64,000 nucleotides of DNA, taken from NCBI RefSeq assembly GCF_009914755.1, contig NC_060933.1, one strand, 5' to 3'. A model generated the notes under the pieces. The model was not told where the DNA came from and did not search any database. It was given only the letters and a program-made list of their open reading frames with translations. The DNA is from the human T2T-CHM13v2.0 reference genome, Homo sapiens. Below, one piece after another: positions 13,831-30,760 of this stretch; the stretch's first letter is position 1, and each line of letters begins with the position of its first letter. Both the position numbers and the translations under genes were made by a program.

Positions 13831-15348
13831 ATCCAATTTTTGAATGATGTTGATTAAAATTTATAGTTACATCTTTTAGGTACAATATTCTAACTTTATT
13901 GATTTAACTGAATTTAGCCTTCTTATAAAACCCTATTTCCATTCAGTGGTAGAAAGAAAAATCAATCTCACTCATGCAGGGTAACTTCGAAAATTATTTT
14001 AAAACTTGGTTTCTTGAAGGTTAACTTGGTTTCCTCTGGGAAACTTGCTCCTCATGCCATTTTTCTCCTTTATTTTATCTTGAGGACTCTCATTCAAGGC
14101 ATCTGGGTACAAGGGAAGCTCATGGCTATTATGGTGTTGGAACAAGGAGGCTCTGGTTGGAAAGAGGATGCTCCCAAGGACTCCAGGCTTGTTCCATCTG
14201 GTTTAACAGCTTCTGCCCTCGTGTAGCAGGTCCTATGTGGCTTTTGAGTGTTTGCAGGATGAACAACTGCTGTCTGTGGTTCCTAGAATGCCCCTAGGCC
14301 CTGAATTCCTATGAATTCCACCTTCCCTATCCCTGACCCCCAGCCTTGTCCCACCCACCAACAATCTCTCAGCATTTATGCAATACAACGTGTTTTTCAA
14401 GGAGATGATAGTGCCAAGTGGGTATTTTTTAAGAAATAAAATCATGACTCAGATACAAAAATAAAATGAATGCATATCAAAGATTTCGTTCAGCTCATTA
14501 ATTAATGAGGGAACCAGTAAGATGTTACAATCCAGTTCAAAGGGAAATTTTAAGTACAGGGCCTCGAATTCTTCCCACCAATATTCAGATGATGTAGAGC
14601 AACTGCCACGAGGAGGCTCCAAAACACATTTGGGAGGAGACAGTGCTTGTCCACACAGCCAACCCCAGGAAATCTCAGAGTGCTCCCTGCCTTGAAGGTT
14701 TGCCTTAGTGTAGCATTTACTGAGCATGTACATATCGGAACATCATTTCATTATAAATTAATTTCCTTTTATATATTGTCCATTATATTATAATTGATTA
14801 TACTTTTTTTTAAAGATATGAATTAATTAGGTTGCATTATCTAAAAATCTCATTTCAGGATAATAATACTTTATTAAACAAAAACATTGTTAATAAAGGT
14901 AGGCATTGGCTCCGATAGAGGTGAGAGCCACTGTATTCCATTCCATTTCATCTTGGAACCTATGCTCTGGTCACTAAGGAGAGAAAATATCTCCAGTGGA
15001 ATCAATGACGTTGTGCTTTAGTTAGATTTGACTTAACCATGATGGTGAGTCCTGAAACCCTTCCTCTTAAATGGCCTGGGTGGCCATTTGAGGCTCCCAA
15101 TGCCTCATTAATGTCTATGGTACTTGAAGTTTATCATATCACTTTTGCTCCAGTATACTTCGATAAATTAATACAGGGAACAATTAGGGTATTTTTAACA
15201 ATTGTTATTTTCCAAAAATAAAAATTCACCAAATTTATCCACATAATTCTGTATAGAGATATTAAAGCAAATAAAGTCAAATATAATAAAAAGAGGAAAA
15301 ATTACGATCATTTGTAGACAGGATGATTATCAGTCTGAGAAGCCTAAG

Positions 15349-15800
15349 TGTAGTGGACATTTGCTGTTTTTACTGCCCAGTATCTTTTTTCTCTTCTTGA
15401 AAGTACCCCAATTACATTTAAATAATTACCTTTTTCCTTCTGGATACAAACTATGATCAGCAGCCCTGCCTTGCCCTGTCCTTCTCTAGGCCAGACATTG
15501 AGATATGTAACCCAAGATACAGGTCTTGATTGAATCTATATCTTGAAGAGAAAGTCAAAGAGACCAAAAACTGTTAGAATCCATCCATTTCCACAGAGAT
15601 ATTCTGACCAGATTGTTTCTGCTAGAAGAGAAATTCTGTAATTCCTGCTACCCAGCTCAGTACCTGTTTATTTCCAAGACTAACTTTCTAATCTTTTAAT
15701 TAATTTTGTGAACTCTTAATTTTCTATCAATTAATTCCTTTTTTGTTTAAGTTAGTCAGGGTAAAATTTTATTAATGCAACAAAAGAACTCTAACTGATG
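15349..15800 (+). mobile_element. Old ERVL solo LTR (LTR16/LTR33-like)
   Basis: Starts tgtagtggacatttgctg...ctgcccagtatc and ends ttcctttttgtttaagttagtcagg...gcaacaaaagaactctaactgat. Confidence 0.55.
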
Positions 15801-15834
15801 CCTCAAGGTGATAAATTTAAAAGTTTGTTAAAAG

Positions 15835-15906
15835 AAATAAGAATGCTTACTATGGTGACCAATTTCAAACAAATAAGAATGTTTACTATGGTGGCCAATT
15901 TCAAAT
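15835..15906. repeat. 36-bp tandem duplication (2 copies, 33/36 identical)
   Basis: aaataagaatgcttactatggtgaccaatttcaaac / aaataagaatgtttactatggtggccaatttcaaat. Confidence 0.9.
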
Positions 15907-16749
15907 ACAGTTAATACTTTTTATACAGGAACAATAATCAGTTAAAGAACATAATGGGGAAAACATTCTATTCAAATTATCGGCCACAATATAAAATACG
16001 TAAATATAAACATTGTTTATTAATAACAACATTGTTAGGAAAAACATGAAAAAAACCTAAAATGCAACTGAAAGACCTAAATGTAACAAATAAAGAGAAA
16101 AACATACCAAGTATTTAGATGTCAATTCTTTTCAAATTATTCTACTATAAATGCAATTCCTGTAAACATTTCAACACAATTTCCATAAACATTCCTTTTT
16201 TCTCAGAATTTCATAAAATAGCACAGGGAGAGAGAAAAATATAACTCATACCTTCTAAAAATGTAAATTCCAAATGATTTCACATTTTTATTGTATTATA
16301 AAAGTCATTAGACTACTAGCAGGAAACATAGGTATATATTGACATAACCTAAGTGTAGGAAGCAAAATTTTAAACAAGCTATTGAAGCTAGGAAGTTCAA
16401 GTAAAAGATTGGTGTAATAAACACCGTACCTTTTAAAATTATGTAAAGTGAAACAGATATATAAATAAATAAATAAATAAGCAAGAAAGGTTCATTTATT
16501 AAAAAGGAAAATGATAACCTTCATAGCACATATGGAAAAGTATTAATATATGTACTACATGAAAGCTTTCCTATATATTAGTTAAGAAAAAACAAAAATA
16601 TCCCTTGCCTAAAACTTAATTTTTCTTCTAATATATGTTTCAAAATAATTGCCCCTCCATTTTCTCATCAAAATAATTTTCTGTTCCTCCTTGCCCAATG
16701 TGCCAATTCTCTTGCTTCTCTCAAACATTTTTGTTGTATTTTCTAGAGC

Positions 16750-16900
16750 AGAGCTTCCCAAAATTTAATGTACACACACATAGCCTGGAGATATTGTTAA
16801 AACACATGTTCTAATTCAGGAGGCCTGGGTCACCCCTGAGAGTCTGCATTTCTTACAAGCTCCCAGATGAAACAGATGTTGCTGGACTCAACTACATGTT
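16750..16900. mobile_element. MER5A (hAT-Charlie MITE)
   Basis: ctggagatattgttaaaacacatgttctaattcaggagg...ctgagagtctgcatttcttacaagctcccagatga. Confidence 0.75.
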
Positions 16901-17462
16901 TTAAAGATGGACACATTTGGCCATATCCTTCTTCATTTCTTCATTGAACTCCTCACTTTTATAAAACTTAAGTACATTAGGAATGGGAGTGGGGAGCTGA
17001 TCATTGACATCCTCCTCATTCCCTAGGGCTGCTTCTAGACATGCAACGCTGCCTCCTTCTACCAAAAACTTCCAATACTTCTTGTTGCTATCATCTACTG
17101 GCCCCCAGGATGTGTCTCCTGATCCCCCTGATTCATTGAAGACTGGCTCCCGATTCACAGGCTTCCATTCCACCTTAAATACAGCCAGCATCCTAACAGG
17201 ACCTTCCACTTTAAGTCCAGCCAGAATCCTAAGTGGACCTTTCATAGTTCACGTGGACTTCCCGGTCATCACTCCAGACATTCAGTCTCTTGATATTTTC
17301 CTCTCCATGAATCTTGTCTTCCTGTCTACCTGAACCACCAATTCTCCTCACACCTTAGAATCTGAAATGGTTCCACCCTCCAAATCTCTTTATGCAGATA
17401 TTCTACTCTCTGAGACAGACCATAATCTCCTATCATTCTAACTCGGTGGCTGAATTTCCCCC

Positions 17463-17641
17463 TAAAGGCTGGTTTCACGGACATAAGATCAGTGTAGTCA
17501 GTTGCACAGGGTTGTACACTTACAAGAGACTGCATGTGGTTTAGTGCTCTGCTATGGGTGTCCTGATATTCTTAATTTTTGAAGAATAGGCTCCACATTT
17601 TTATTTTGCACTGGGTCCCACAAATTATGAAGTTGGTCCTG
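17463..17641 (+). mobile_element. MER53 (hAT DNA transposon)
   Basis: ggctggtttcacggac...ggtttagtgctctgct...cattttttattttgcactgggtcccacaaattatgaagttggtcctg resembles the MER53 consensus. Confidence 0.75.
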
Positions 17642-17666
17642 CTTCTCCTATGATATGAATTTTTAA

Positions 17667-17992
<326 letters not shown>

Positions 17993-18867
17993 TAAAATAC
18001 AGGAATAATATATACTCATTTTAACAAATTTAACAATATAGAAATACAGCATTTAAAGTCAAACATTCTCCCACCAATTACATTCCATAAAAGTAAGTAC
18101 CATTAATAATGTTCTGTATCTTTACCTTGTCTGTCAGTCAGGATAGGGTGCATATGTGTGCAGGCATATATTTTTAGTATACTTTCATTATTAAATAATT
18201 CATATCAAATATATTTTCTGTAATGTGTATCCTAGACATCTTAACATATCTGTTCCTCTGTGTCTACATTATACTTTTTAACTATTAAGTGGTATATTTC
18301 ATTGCATGACTGCACCATAATTTATTGTAGCACCTGGATGTGTTAGATCCAGACAGAGTAGATTCAGATAACTTAGGACCTCCATCATGAACTAGGAAAG
18401 TAAAACAAGAAAAAAAACAACTTCACTCAGTCACGAAATAGAATATATTTTCATCTCCAGTGAAATGCCTCTATTGAGTGTAGAACCTGCCAAACTGCTC
18501 TATACAGACCTCTTTACAGAGTCCACACCCAGCCCTGTACTTCAGACCTGCACACTTGCAGAAGAAATCCATGTCAGGTAACAATACCAATCTACCTGGA
18601 CCCTTACTCTTAAATATGAATGAAGAACTCAAGGTCATCAGGTATTAAAGAAAAGCAAACGATGTGGAAAAGGAATAAGATAAACACACAGAACTGACTG
18701 TGGAGAAAACAGAAATAATGTAAAAAACAGATTACTACTACCTATATTTGTTTTTTGTTTTAATTCTTTATCTTATTGACACTTTCATTGCATTGGCCCT
18801 CTTAGTTCCTCCTTATTCATCAGCACTTTTCTGCCTTCACTTTAACCCTTGTTAGCTTAGAATTTTT

Positions 18868-20110
18868 CCAGTTGACTATTGCTGTGTAATAAACTATCTC
18901 AAAATTAGTGGCATAAAACATCAATCATTGTATTATGTTCATGATTCTATGTGTCAGCATTTTGGGAAAGGCATAGTAGGGATAGCTTGATTCAGCCCTA
19001 CTCTCTCTGGGGACCTAGTTGAGTGACTAGAAATGGAGGGCCTATTTAACTGGGCACATGTGTCTGAGGCTTCATCTGATAATGTTCTATATCACACTTC
19101 TGACACCAAATATGGGAGAGGACTTCTCATATCAACTAAGTCTCCAACTCTCTCTACACAAACTTGGTGTCCCACAATTCAGTTCATTTCTGACACTAAC
19201 TACAAATAGTTAGCACAGACTCTGCTAGGGCTCAGTCTCACAAGGTCTGCATCAGTTTAGACACCAATCATGTGTCTAAGCCACCTATACTTTTGACCAA
19301 TAGGCTATAAGTCAGGGGGCTCACTCAACCTCTTCCTAAGGTTTGATAATTTGCTATGATAGCCCATACAACTCAGGAAAACAATTCACAAATTATTACT
19401 GGGTTATCGTAAAGGATACAACTCAGAAACAGCTAAATGAGATAGATGTATAGGGCAAGGTATGGCTGCAGGAGCTTCCATACCCAGTCTGGGCACACCA
19501 CCCTCCAAGCACTTCATCAATGGGCTCACCAACTAGAAGCTCTCTGAATTCCACCACTTGTGTGTTTTTATGGATATTCTATTATGTAGGCATGATTGAT
19601 TAAACCATTCACCATTGGTGATTGAGCTCAATCTCCAGCCCCTCTCCTCTCCCTGGAGGTCTGGGGGTGAGGGCTAAAAGTACCAACCCTCTTATCACAT
19701 GGTTAATTTCTCTGGCAACCAATCCCCATCCTGAGTCTATCTAGGTGCCCATCAAGAGTCACCACATTAGCATAAACTCAGGTATAGTTTAAAGGGGCTT
19801 TTTATGAATAACACACGTCACTTCTCTCACTATCTCACAGGAAATTTCTAGGGCTTTAGAAGCCCTTAGGCTAGGAACTGAGGATGAAAATCAAATATAA
19901 ATTTCTTATATCACAGCTGTGGCTATTAGCTGGGTTGCTTGGTTTTCTTCCTTATGGTGTCTACTGGAGCTAGAAAGTCTAAGATGACTTCTTCACTTAA
20001 CTTGCCTGACTGTTACTCCTTCACAGGGCCTCTATGTCCTATAGAGTAATCTGGATATCTTCCAGTGCGGCTCAGAGCTAAGCCCATAACTGACACAGCA
20101 TCATTTCCAC
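18868..20110 (-). mobile_element. MLT1 LTR split by a MER21 insertion
   Basis: ctattgctgtgtaataaactatctcaaaattagtggcataaaac (antisense MLT1 3' end). Resumes after 19915. Confidence 0.6.
19077..19915 (-). mobile_element. MER21 solo LTR
   Basis: The right end read on the minus strand is tgtgatataagaaatttatatttgattttcatcctcagttcc (MER21 5' end). Internal ttctgacactaac, aaggatacaactcagaaacagc and cataaactcaggt are typical. Confidence 0.8.
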
Positions 20111-20119
20111 CACAGAATC

Positions 20120-22180
20120 CAAATTAAGCCCTTCAACAACACTCCTGACCCTTTCATTAACATATGCTCTTGATTCATATTTCTGTCTTTTTGTGTCACT
20201 TGTTGGTATCAATTAAATTATCTGCCTTCTTTGGCCTACTCTGAGATGCTGCATATTTTGAAGGAAAAAGAAACCATAACCAGAAAACTGGTGTACTGTT
20301 ACTTTGAGAACTAATCATGATAATGAAACTAAACAAAATATTTCAAATCTTCCTGACAATCCTACAAGGTTTTTCTAGTCAAATCGCTTACAGCTGTCTT
20401 CCATTGTCTTTATTCTTCTCAAACCTTATGCTCCACTAAACGTCTCACCTACTAATTGACAGGAAAGATAGAAGTCATCAGTGGTGAGCTATTCGACTTT
20501 ACATCACAAACTCTACACACCTACTTGAATCTTACCTAAATAAGATCATTTATTCTACCTGTGCTTAAAGTCATTTTCTCCTCCTAATCAACAATTTTAT
20601 GATATTGTGTAATCCCCAGCTGAGTCATCAACTGTTTCTTCCTACCAGCATTTAACTATATTCGAATCACAGATAGATAGATAATCCATCAAACACCTGT
20701 TTCTTTCATTACAACCATTTTCTTTTCTTCCTTTAGATATCAATCTTTTTAAAGTTGGCTATATTTGCTGTTTTCAATTTTTCACCTTTGATTTACATCA
20801 CAACTTAATTCAATCTAGATTCTTTCTCCTTAATTTTTCTGAAACTTTTCTCACCAATGACAATTTTGTAGGTAAATCCAGAAGCTATATTTTTTTTCTT
20901 ATCTTGTATAACCTCTTGGGAACATTTGACACGATGGGATTCCTCTTACTCTCTTCCCCCTTTTTTGCCACTGTGATAATTTTCTTCAGTCTTTTTTGAT
21001 GAATTCCTTTCTAATCATAAATGTTAGCAATTCTCCGGGGTTGCTCTTGGCTTTTTCTTTTCCCCTCACTCTGCATGCTTTCCTTGAGAAATCTCAAACA
21101 TGCTCATGTTTCCAGAGCCATCTATATGCCAGTTATAGATTTTTATTTCAAACTTACTCCTTTCTTCTAAAGCAAGTCCTGTATGTGCAATTGCTACAAC
21201 TCAACTTCCTACACAACCTCTTTTCTTGGATGTTCCAGAGATACCTACTACCATACACATCTGTAAATGAACTTATATTCTTCCCCCCACCCTCACCCCA
21301 AATCTGTTCCTTCTCTAAAATTTCCCATCTTAGTAAATGGCAACACTACCCATGCAATTGCTTAAGCCAGGAGCAAGAGGATTTTCCTATTTTTTCATTT
21401 TTTCTTATAAACCTCATTCCATCAATCACTAAATCTTCGCTGGTTTTACCTCCTAAATATATCTAAAATACACCCACTTCTTTCCATGCACACCACCAGC
21501 ATCTCGCTCAAGCTAACTTCATTTTTCATTTCAGATACATTAGTAGCATCCAATTGCTCTCCTTCCAACCACTCATGCCCCATCTAAACAGTTATCTAAA
21601 TAGCAAGTTTTGAAATTGTCCATCTCATCATTTTTCTCCCTATCTTGAAACTTTTGAGTGGCTCATTGCCTTCAAGAATAAAGAAAAAAACTCTTTAGCA
21701 TGAATTATAGGGTCAGCCTAATATAGTTAAGAATAATTATCCCAACTCCAGCCCCTGTTTTACATGCTCCACATATGTAACCATTCAAGTCCTTAAATAC
21801 TGCTTTAAAAACTTTACACATGACATTACCTTTGCATTCCCATGTGCCCCTTTCACCTAAATAACTTCTACACAGTCCTCAGCTGTAAACTTTAAAATCA
21901 TTTTCTCAGGCAAGCCTTGTTTGCAGCCCCAACCCCATTCTTAGACAAGGTTACCTCATCCTCACTTGCAATAATTACTCACCTGGCTGATCTCATTTCG
22001 CAGAGGTCAACCCACTCTCTCCTTTCCAAGAGTGTAAAAAATAATAATAATAAAATAATTACTTTCCCAATGGATGTCCTTTCTAGACTGTAAGCTCTGT
22101 AAGGATAGGTGCCATATGTTTCTCGTTTTACCACTTTCTCAAACATGCGGCATATGTTTAGCACAGCTAAATAAATGCTT
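20120..22180 (+). mobile_element. Long LINE-2 remnant including its 3' end
   Basis: L2 RT/3' region text (ctccttctctaaaatttcccatcttagtaaatggcaacac, ctagactgtaagctctgtaaggatagg...aataaatgct). Confidence 0.75.
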
Positions 22181-22294
22181 CACTAGGAACCACAGAAACA
22201 TTCAAAAGAAGTTTGAAAAAAAGAAGGTAAAGTATGATCCTATTTTTGAAAAACACAAGTAGAGATCTATCATAGGCTATAACAAATGTATAAA

Positions 22295-22660
22295 CAGAAA
22301 TGCACTCAGCTGTGATTAACAGAAATGTGAAAAACACATTAGTGATTTTACTTTTCTTATAACATGAAGAACATTAATGTAGGGAGTCCAGAGCCTGCAC
22401 AGCTGTCACAAGATAATTTGATCCATCACGTCTACATTCCAGAAAGAAGGGGAAGGGCAAAGAGCAAAACAGTATACATCATCCGAGTTAGCCCCCTTTA
22501 AAGAACTTTCTTAATAACTCTACCTAGCAGATTCTCCTTAAATCTCAAAGATCTGAACTATGACACATGACCAACCTTATCTGTGAGGGAGGATTAGGAA
22601 TTTCTTAGCAAAGGAGATAAATAAATGGATACTGGGTGGACCACTAGCGGTCTCTACCTC
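22295..22660 (-). mobile_element. MLT1J/K-like LTR
   Basis: tctacattccagaaagaagg...gaactatgacacatgaccaacc...ggatactgggtggaccactag pattern. Confidence 0.5.
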
Positions 22661-22939
22661 GACTGCAGAGGTAGAGATTATACCTCAAATGCAGCCCAAA
22701 ATTTTATATAAAGAGTAGTTCTACCATAGCTGGAAAACCACAAGTGATATTTATTTTTTGTTTTATTTTGAAAACATTTTATTATTTTGCTTTCTTCCCA
22801 CTTTTACATTTTCCTACATTGAACATCTGTTATACTTGTAATCAGATGAAATGTTATATATGAGTAGCCAGAACTATTATACTAGAGATATAAACTAATT
22901 CAGAGGGATTAGTCCTACCAGATATCAAATAATGTTTTA

Positions 22940-23237
<298 letters not shown>

Positions 23238-23918
23238 AAATAATGTTTTAAAGTTTTCATAAACAAAATGAACAATAGTAGAAAATTGATCACTAGTACC
23301 AATAAAAGTTTCCCAAAACAAATATATATGTATGTATGTGTATATATACATGTTTGTATACACACACATACACATGCACACATATATAAATGTACTATAA
23401 GGCAAAATTTTAAAAATAGTTTATTCAAGATTGATAAGTATCTAAAGTATAACAATCAGAGCTACGAAATTTTAGAAAAATAATAGAGTTTTTAAATTAT
23501 CACGGAGGGGAAGAGGCTTCTTTAAACAAGACAAAAAACAAAACAAAACAAAACAACAGAAGCCATAAAGAAAGCATTGATGTGTATCTAAACAAAAACT
23601 AAAAACACAGTCAAAAGGTGTGAAATTTGAGAAAATATTTGCAATATTTTAATAGACAGTTATTTCCCCTAATATAAAATAGCTTCTATATAAAAATGAG
23701 GACAATTTTGAAAATACAATAGGAAACATAAGCCTGGAGCCCAAGAGACTACACAGGATTAGAGATAAAAATTTAAGAGTTGTCAGTGTACAGGTGTTTT
23801 TAAAATCATGGAACTAGATGGAAGTACATAGTAAAAATGATAGAAAAAGATGAGAATAGGCATGGGAATGAACTTCGGAGGGCTCCAGCAGAGGAAACTA
23901 TTCAAGATATTAGAACAC

Positions 23919-26491
<2,573 letters not shown>

Positions 26492-26499
26492 AATACCAA

Positions 26500-28016
26500 A
26501 GAAATGATCATGTGAAATTTCTAAGCCAGAGTTGTAAATGACGGACTTTAAGGCTGCTACTGGTGAAAAATTAAGGGAAAACAAGAAAAATGATATCGGA
26601 AACTAGAAGGAAGGGAAATCCTTTTCAGGTGGGGGCATAAAGTTTAGCAGTGCTGACACCTACAGTAACATGGAAAGTAAAAGAGGTACCTATAAACTGA
26701 GTGGTTTTGCTAAGGAAATTTCCAAATGGGGTGTTGGAGGTTTTTTCTACCTGCTTTTTGCCATTTATAGTAAAATGCAAGAGAAGATAGAAGAGCTAAA
26801 GAAAGTGCTGTTAAATATAAAAGATCCAGGAATTGTTTGGTTTGAAAACTATCCACTTCCAACAATGGAAAATGATGCTAAGTAAAAAATAGCTTCAGGC
26901 AAAGAACAAATTGAGGGCGATTTCAAGAAAACATGATCTAAAAATGAAGCTAAGTTTGTGACTGTAAAACATTTTGTTCAGATTTGGAAAAGGTCTAAGT
27001 TGATGCCTCCAAGAATCATTCAAACAGTAGGGCTTCTAAGAAACTAAAAGATTCTGTTTCTCAGCAGCTTCAGCAAAAGCCAAAGATAAAAAGGTCTTAT
27101 TTCAAAGGGATCTGTTATTTAGTGGTTGACACTTTTGTTTAATGGAGTAAACCTCAATAAAACTCATAGAAAACCCACAATGTTTTAAGGTAAATATATT
27201 ATCGAATCATTGTCAGGTTTAACTGAAGTAGACACAGCAAAATGCAAAGCACGTTTGAATGCCCAGACTTCTACAGTCTGAAAGCAGGCTAAGAAAACAA
27301 CTTAGTAGCAAACACAAGCTAACTTTCATAGAGAAGATAGAAAAACTAAAATGACAAAACAAGAACTCAGAATGTGGCACTAATAACCATGGAAAATCAT
27401 TACCAAGTTTTAAGTTATAATCAAGGAACTGCCAATAGCTCTCTTGTTGGATAGCATAATGGATTCCCTACGTGTGTCTTCCATTTCTCTCCTTTATTGA
27501 ATGTCTATAGTGGTTCTTTTTATGCCTGTCCCATCAGTTATTTGATTTGTTGGAGATGGGGTTGGGGGTGTGGACACAGATAACTATTTCTCCTTAGTTC
27601 ACAGGTCTTCATATTGAGAGAAACCCTGTTGAGGGGTTGTCCTTAAGGAACCACAGTCAAAGAGCCTCATCCATATGTAGAAACACAAATGGTTAGATCT
27701 TGTACTTTGATGATGCTGTAAAAGGAGAGACTATTGGGTACCCTGGGAAGGGGGAAGAAGTATGTTTTGCATGTGGAGAAACATAAATCACTGGAGAGCA
27801 GAGTGAAAACTGTTGTAGCCAGACTTCTAGATGGCACCCAGTGATCTTTGCCTCCTGGTATTTCTGCCTTAGGGTGATTCCCCGCACACTGAATTAGAGC
27901 TGACCATGTGACCAGTGGAATATTATGGAAGTAATAGAGTGTGATTTCCCGAATAGCTTGGGAAAGACACAGCCACTTCTGCCTTGGTTTTTTTGGATTA
28001 CTAGCCTTGGAGAAAG
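26500..28016 (+). mobile_element. MLT1F-like internal region plus the 5' part of its 3' LTR (LTR starts at 27811)
   Basis: MaLR-int text (ggaaactagaaggaaggg, gctaaggaaatttccaa, tatagtaaaatgcaagag). LTR start tgttgtagccagacttctagatggcacccagtgatc...ctcctggtat. Confidence 0.7.
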
Positions 28017-28180
28017 TGACAAAGGCTCTCTCCTTGACTAAGCTCTACTCTAGTCAGGCTCCTCTGAACCCTATTCTTAACTAGGCCTCGCCCTATAGAC
28101 ATGACAGATTCTTAACACAAACGATTTCATCCACCATCACCACCATCCCCACAAACACTAAGAGACCTGGACAACCATGT
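28017..28180 (+). mobile_element. MER31/MER67-family LTR 5' fragment
   Basis: tgacaaaggctctctccttgactaagct...tagtcaggctcctctgaaccct...aactaggcctcg. Confidence 0.6.
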
Positions 28181-29990
28181 AGACTTTTCAGTTTGGCTTC
28201 CTTTATTTAGTAATCTACATTTAAATTATCTCCATGTTTTTATATGGCTTGATAGCTCATTTATTTTGAGTGCTAAATAACATTCCATGGTCTGGATGTG
28301 CCATAGTTTATCCATTCACCTACTGAAGGACATGTTGATTGTTTCCAAGTTTCAGTAATTATGAATAAAGTTGCTTTAAATATTCTGTGCAGGTTTTTCT
28401 ATGGACATAAATTTTCAACACATTCAGATAGATACCAAGGAGTATTATTGCTAGGTCAGATGGTAAGAGTATGTTTTGCAAGGAACTGCCAACTATCTTC
28501 CAAAGTGGCTATACCATTTTGCATTCCCATCAACAATGAATGAGAGTTCCAATTGTTCCACATCTTCACCAGCATTTGTTGTTGTCAGTATTTTGGGCTT
28601 TTTTATTCCATATTAGTTATAGTTATATTAGCTTATTAGTTCTAGGAGTTCGTCAGTTTCTTCAGATTTTTTAGGCAATCATTAAACTCAGTTTTATTTT
28701 TCCTTTCTGAAACTTATATTTCCTTTTCTTAACATATTTTATTAGATAAGACTTCCAGTATGATGTTGAAAAGGAATGGTGAGAGGGGATAGCCTTGCCT
28801 TGTCCCTTATCTTAGTGGGAAAGCTTCTAGTTTCTCACCATTAAGTATGATATAAGCTGTAAGTTTTCTGCAGATGTTCTTTATCAAGTTGGGGAAGTTC
28901 CCTCTCTATCCCTAGTTAGAAAGTTTTTATCATGAATGAATATTAAATTTTGTCTAATGGTTTTCTTCATCTATTGATATAGTCATGTGATTTTCCTACT
29001 TTAGCCCATAGATGTGATGGATTACATTGATTTTTTTAATGTTAAATCTGCCTTGCATGCCCAAATTAAAATCCACTTGGTCATAGTGTATTTTCTTATA
29101 CATTTTTGGACTCAATTTGCTAATATTCTGTTGAGAATTTTTGTATCAATGTTCATGAGAGATATTGTTTTCATTTTAATAATATCTTTGGTTTGGGTAC
29201 AGGGTAATGCTAACTTCATAGAATTGAGTTAGGAAGTATTTTCTCTGTTTATGTCTTTTGGAAGATATTATAGAGAATTGGTATAATTTCTTCTTTAAAT
29301 GTTTGGCAGAATTCTTCGCTAGTAGACCCACATGGGTCCAGTGCTTTCTGTTTTGAAAGGTTATTAATTACTGATTTAATGTATTTAATAGGTATAGGTT
29401 GACTCAGATTATCTTTCTTCTTGTGTGAGTTTTGGCAGATGTCTTTCAAAGATTTGGTCCATTTAATCCAGGTTATCAAATTTGTGGACATAGAATTGTT
29501 GTTTATAGTATTTCTTTATTACCTTATAATATTCATGGGATCTGTAGTAATGTCCCCTCTTCCTTTTCTGATCTTAGTAATTTGGAGACTTTCTCTTTTT
29601 TCCTTAGCTTGGCTAGAGGTTTATTAATTTTCTCTCTTTTCAAAGAACCAGCTTTTAGTCCCATTGATTTTTCTTTATTGACTTCCTATTTTCAATTTCA
29701 TTGATTTCTGTCTAATTTTTATTATTTTTCTTTGGCTTACTTTGGATTTAATTTGCTCTTTTAAAAAAGTTCCCTAAGGAGGAATGTTATTGATTTTAGA
29801 TCTTTCTTCTTTTCTAGTATATGAATGCACTGCTACAGATTTCCCTCTAAGCACTGCATTCATTGCATCCCACAAATTTTGATGTTTTATTTTTATTTAG
29901 TTCAAATTTTAAATTTATTGAGATTTCTTCTTTGACCCATGTGTTATTTAGAAGTGTGTTGTTTAACCTACAAGTCTTTTGGGGTCTTTT
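28181..29990 (-). mobile_element. L1MC-like element (3' end plus ORF2 fragment)
   Basis: Antisense L1 text. ORF 29249-29491 retains L1 ORF2 residues (EF.QTFKEEIIPILY.IFQK). Confidence 0.85.
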
Positions 29991-30298
29991 GGCCAAACTC
30001 TTTTTTAATTAAAGAAACCTAAAAGACTGACAGTATCCAATACTGATGAAGAGATGGGTTAAAAGGTAGGCTCATACACTATGGTACTATAAACTGGTAC
30101 AGTATTTTTGGAGTGCACTTTGGTATGCTTTACAAAAAATAAAAAATTAAATGTCCATTTCCTATAATCAGGAAAAGGCAAAAGTCAATTTTAATGCTCA
30201 TCAAGACTGAATACTATTTATCAGTTGGGATAAGCTATGTTGCAGTAGCAGATGAATGACAAAATCTCACTGAAAACAGAGCAGGTGCTTATTTCTTG

Positions 30299-30760
30299 TG
30301 TAAATCAGAAATTATCGGAGACAATTCTCAATCAATTTAGAAGTTTATTTTGTCAACATTAAGGACATCCCCTGAAGAAAGGAACACAGAAATCACAGAA
30401 ACAGTCTGTCCTGTGTGCCTTTCTCCAAAGAGAAAAAGGCTTCAGTATTTAAAGGGGAAACGCAGTTTGGAGGGGAAAGAGAGAAGGTGTGGTCACATTA
30501 CTGAATCCACGTGTTGCACGAGAAAAGGAGCAGGTAGGGGAAAAGCCAATTATGTATTTGTCTGGTGCTCAGTAAATCAGCACTTTACATAAGATAAGGT
30601 GAACATAGAGTAGCTACCTGTGGAGATATCTGGCCTTTTATCTGCAGCCGTGTGCTTAGGGACAAAAGGAAGAGCAGTTTCTTGCATGACTTAGATTTCA
30701 GCTGAATTTTTCCCTTTTGGCATAGTGATTTTCATAGTGAAATTTTATTTTCCTTTCAGA
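30299..30760 (-). mobile_element. MER4-family (MER4B/D-like) solo LTR inserted in an old MLT1 LTR (~30215-31080)
   Basis: The minus strand begins t(c)tgaaaggaaaataaaa...cactatgccaaaaggg...ctgaaatctaagtcatgcaagaaactgc. Exact 4-bp TSD CTTG at 30295-30298 and 30761-30764. Confidence 0.85.

Noticed and set aside
15066-15092. Small hairpin cttaaatggcc-tgggt-ggccatttgag
   Set aside because: An 11-bp imperfect stem is expected by chance in 64 kb, and there is no supporting RNA-gene context.
20996-21466. Longest ORF in the window (156 aa)
   Set aside because: It lies inside a degenerate LINE-2, starts at a non-ATG codon, and shows no domain or splice evidence.
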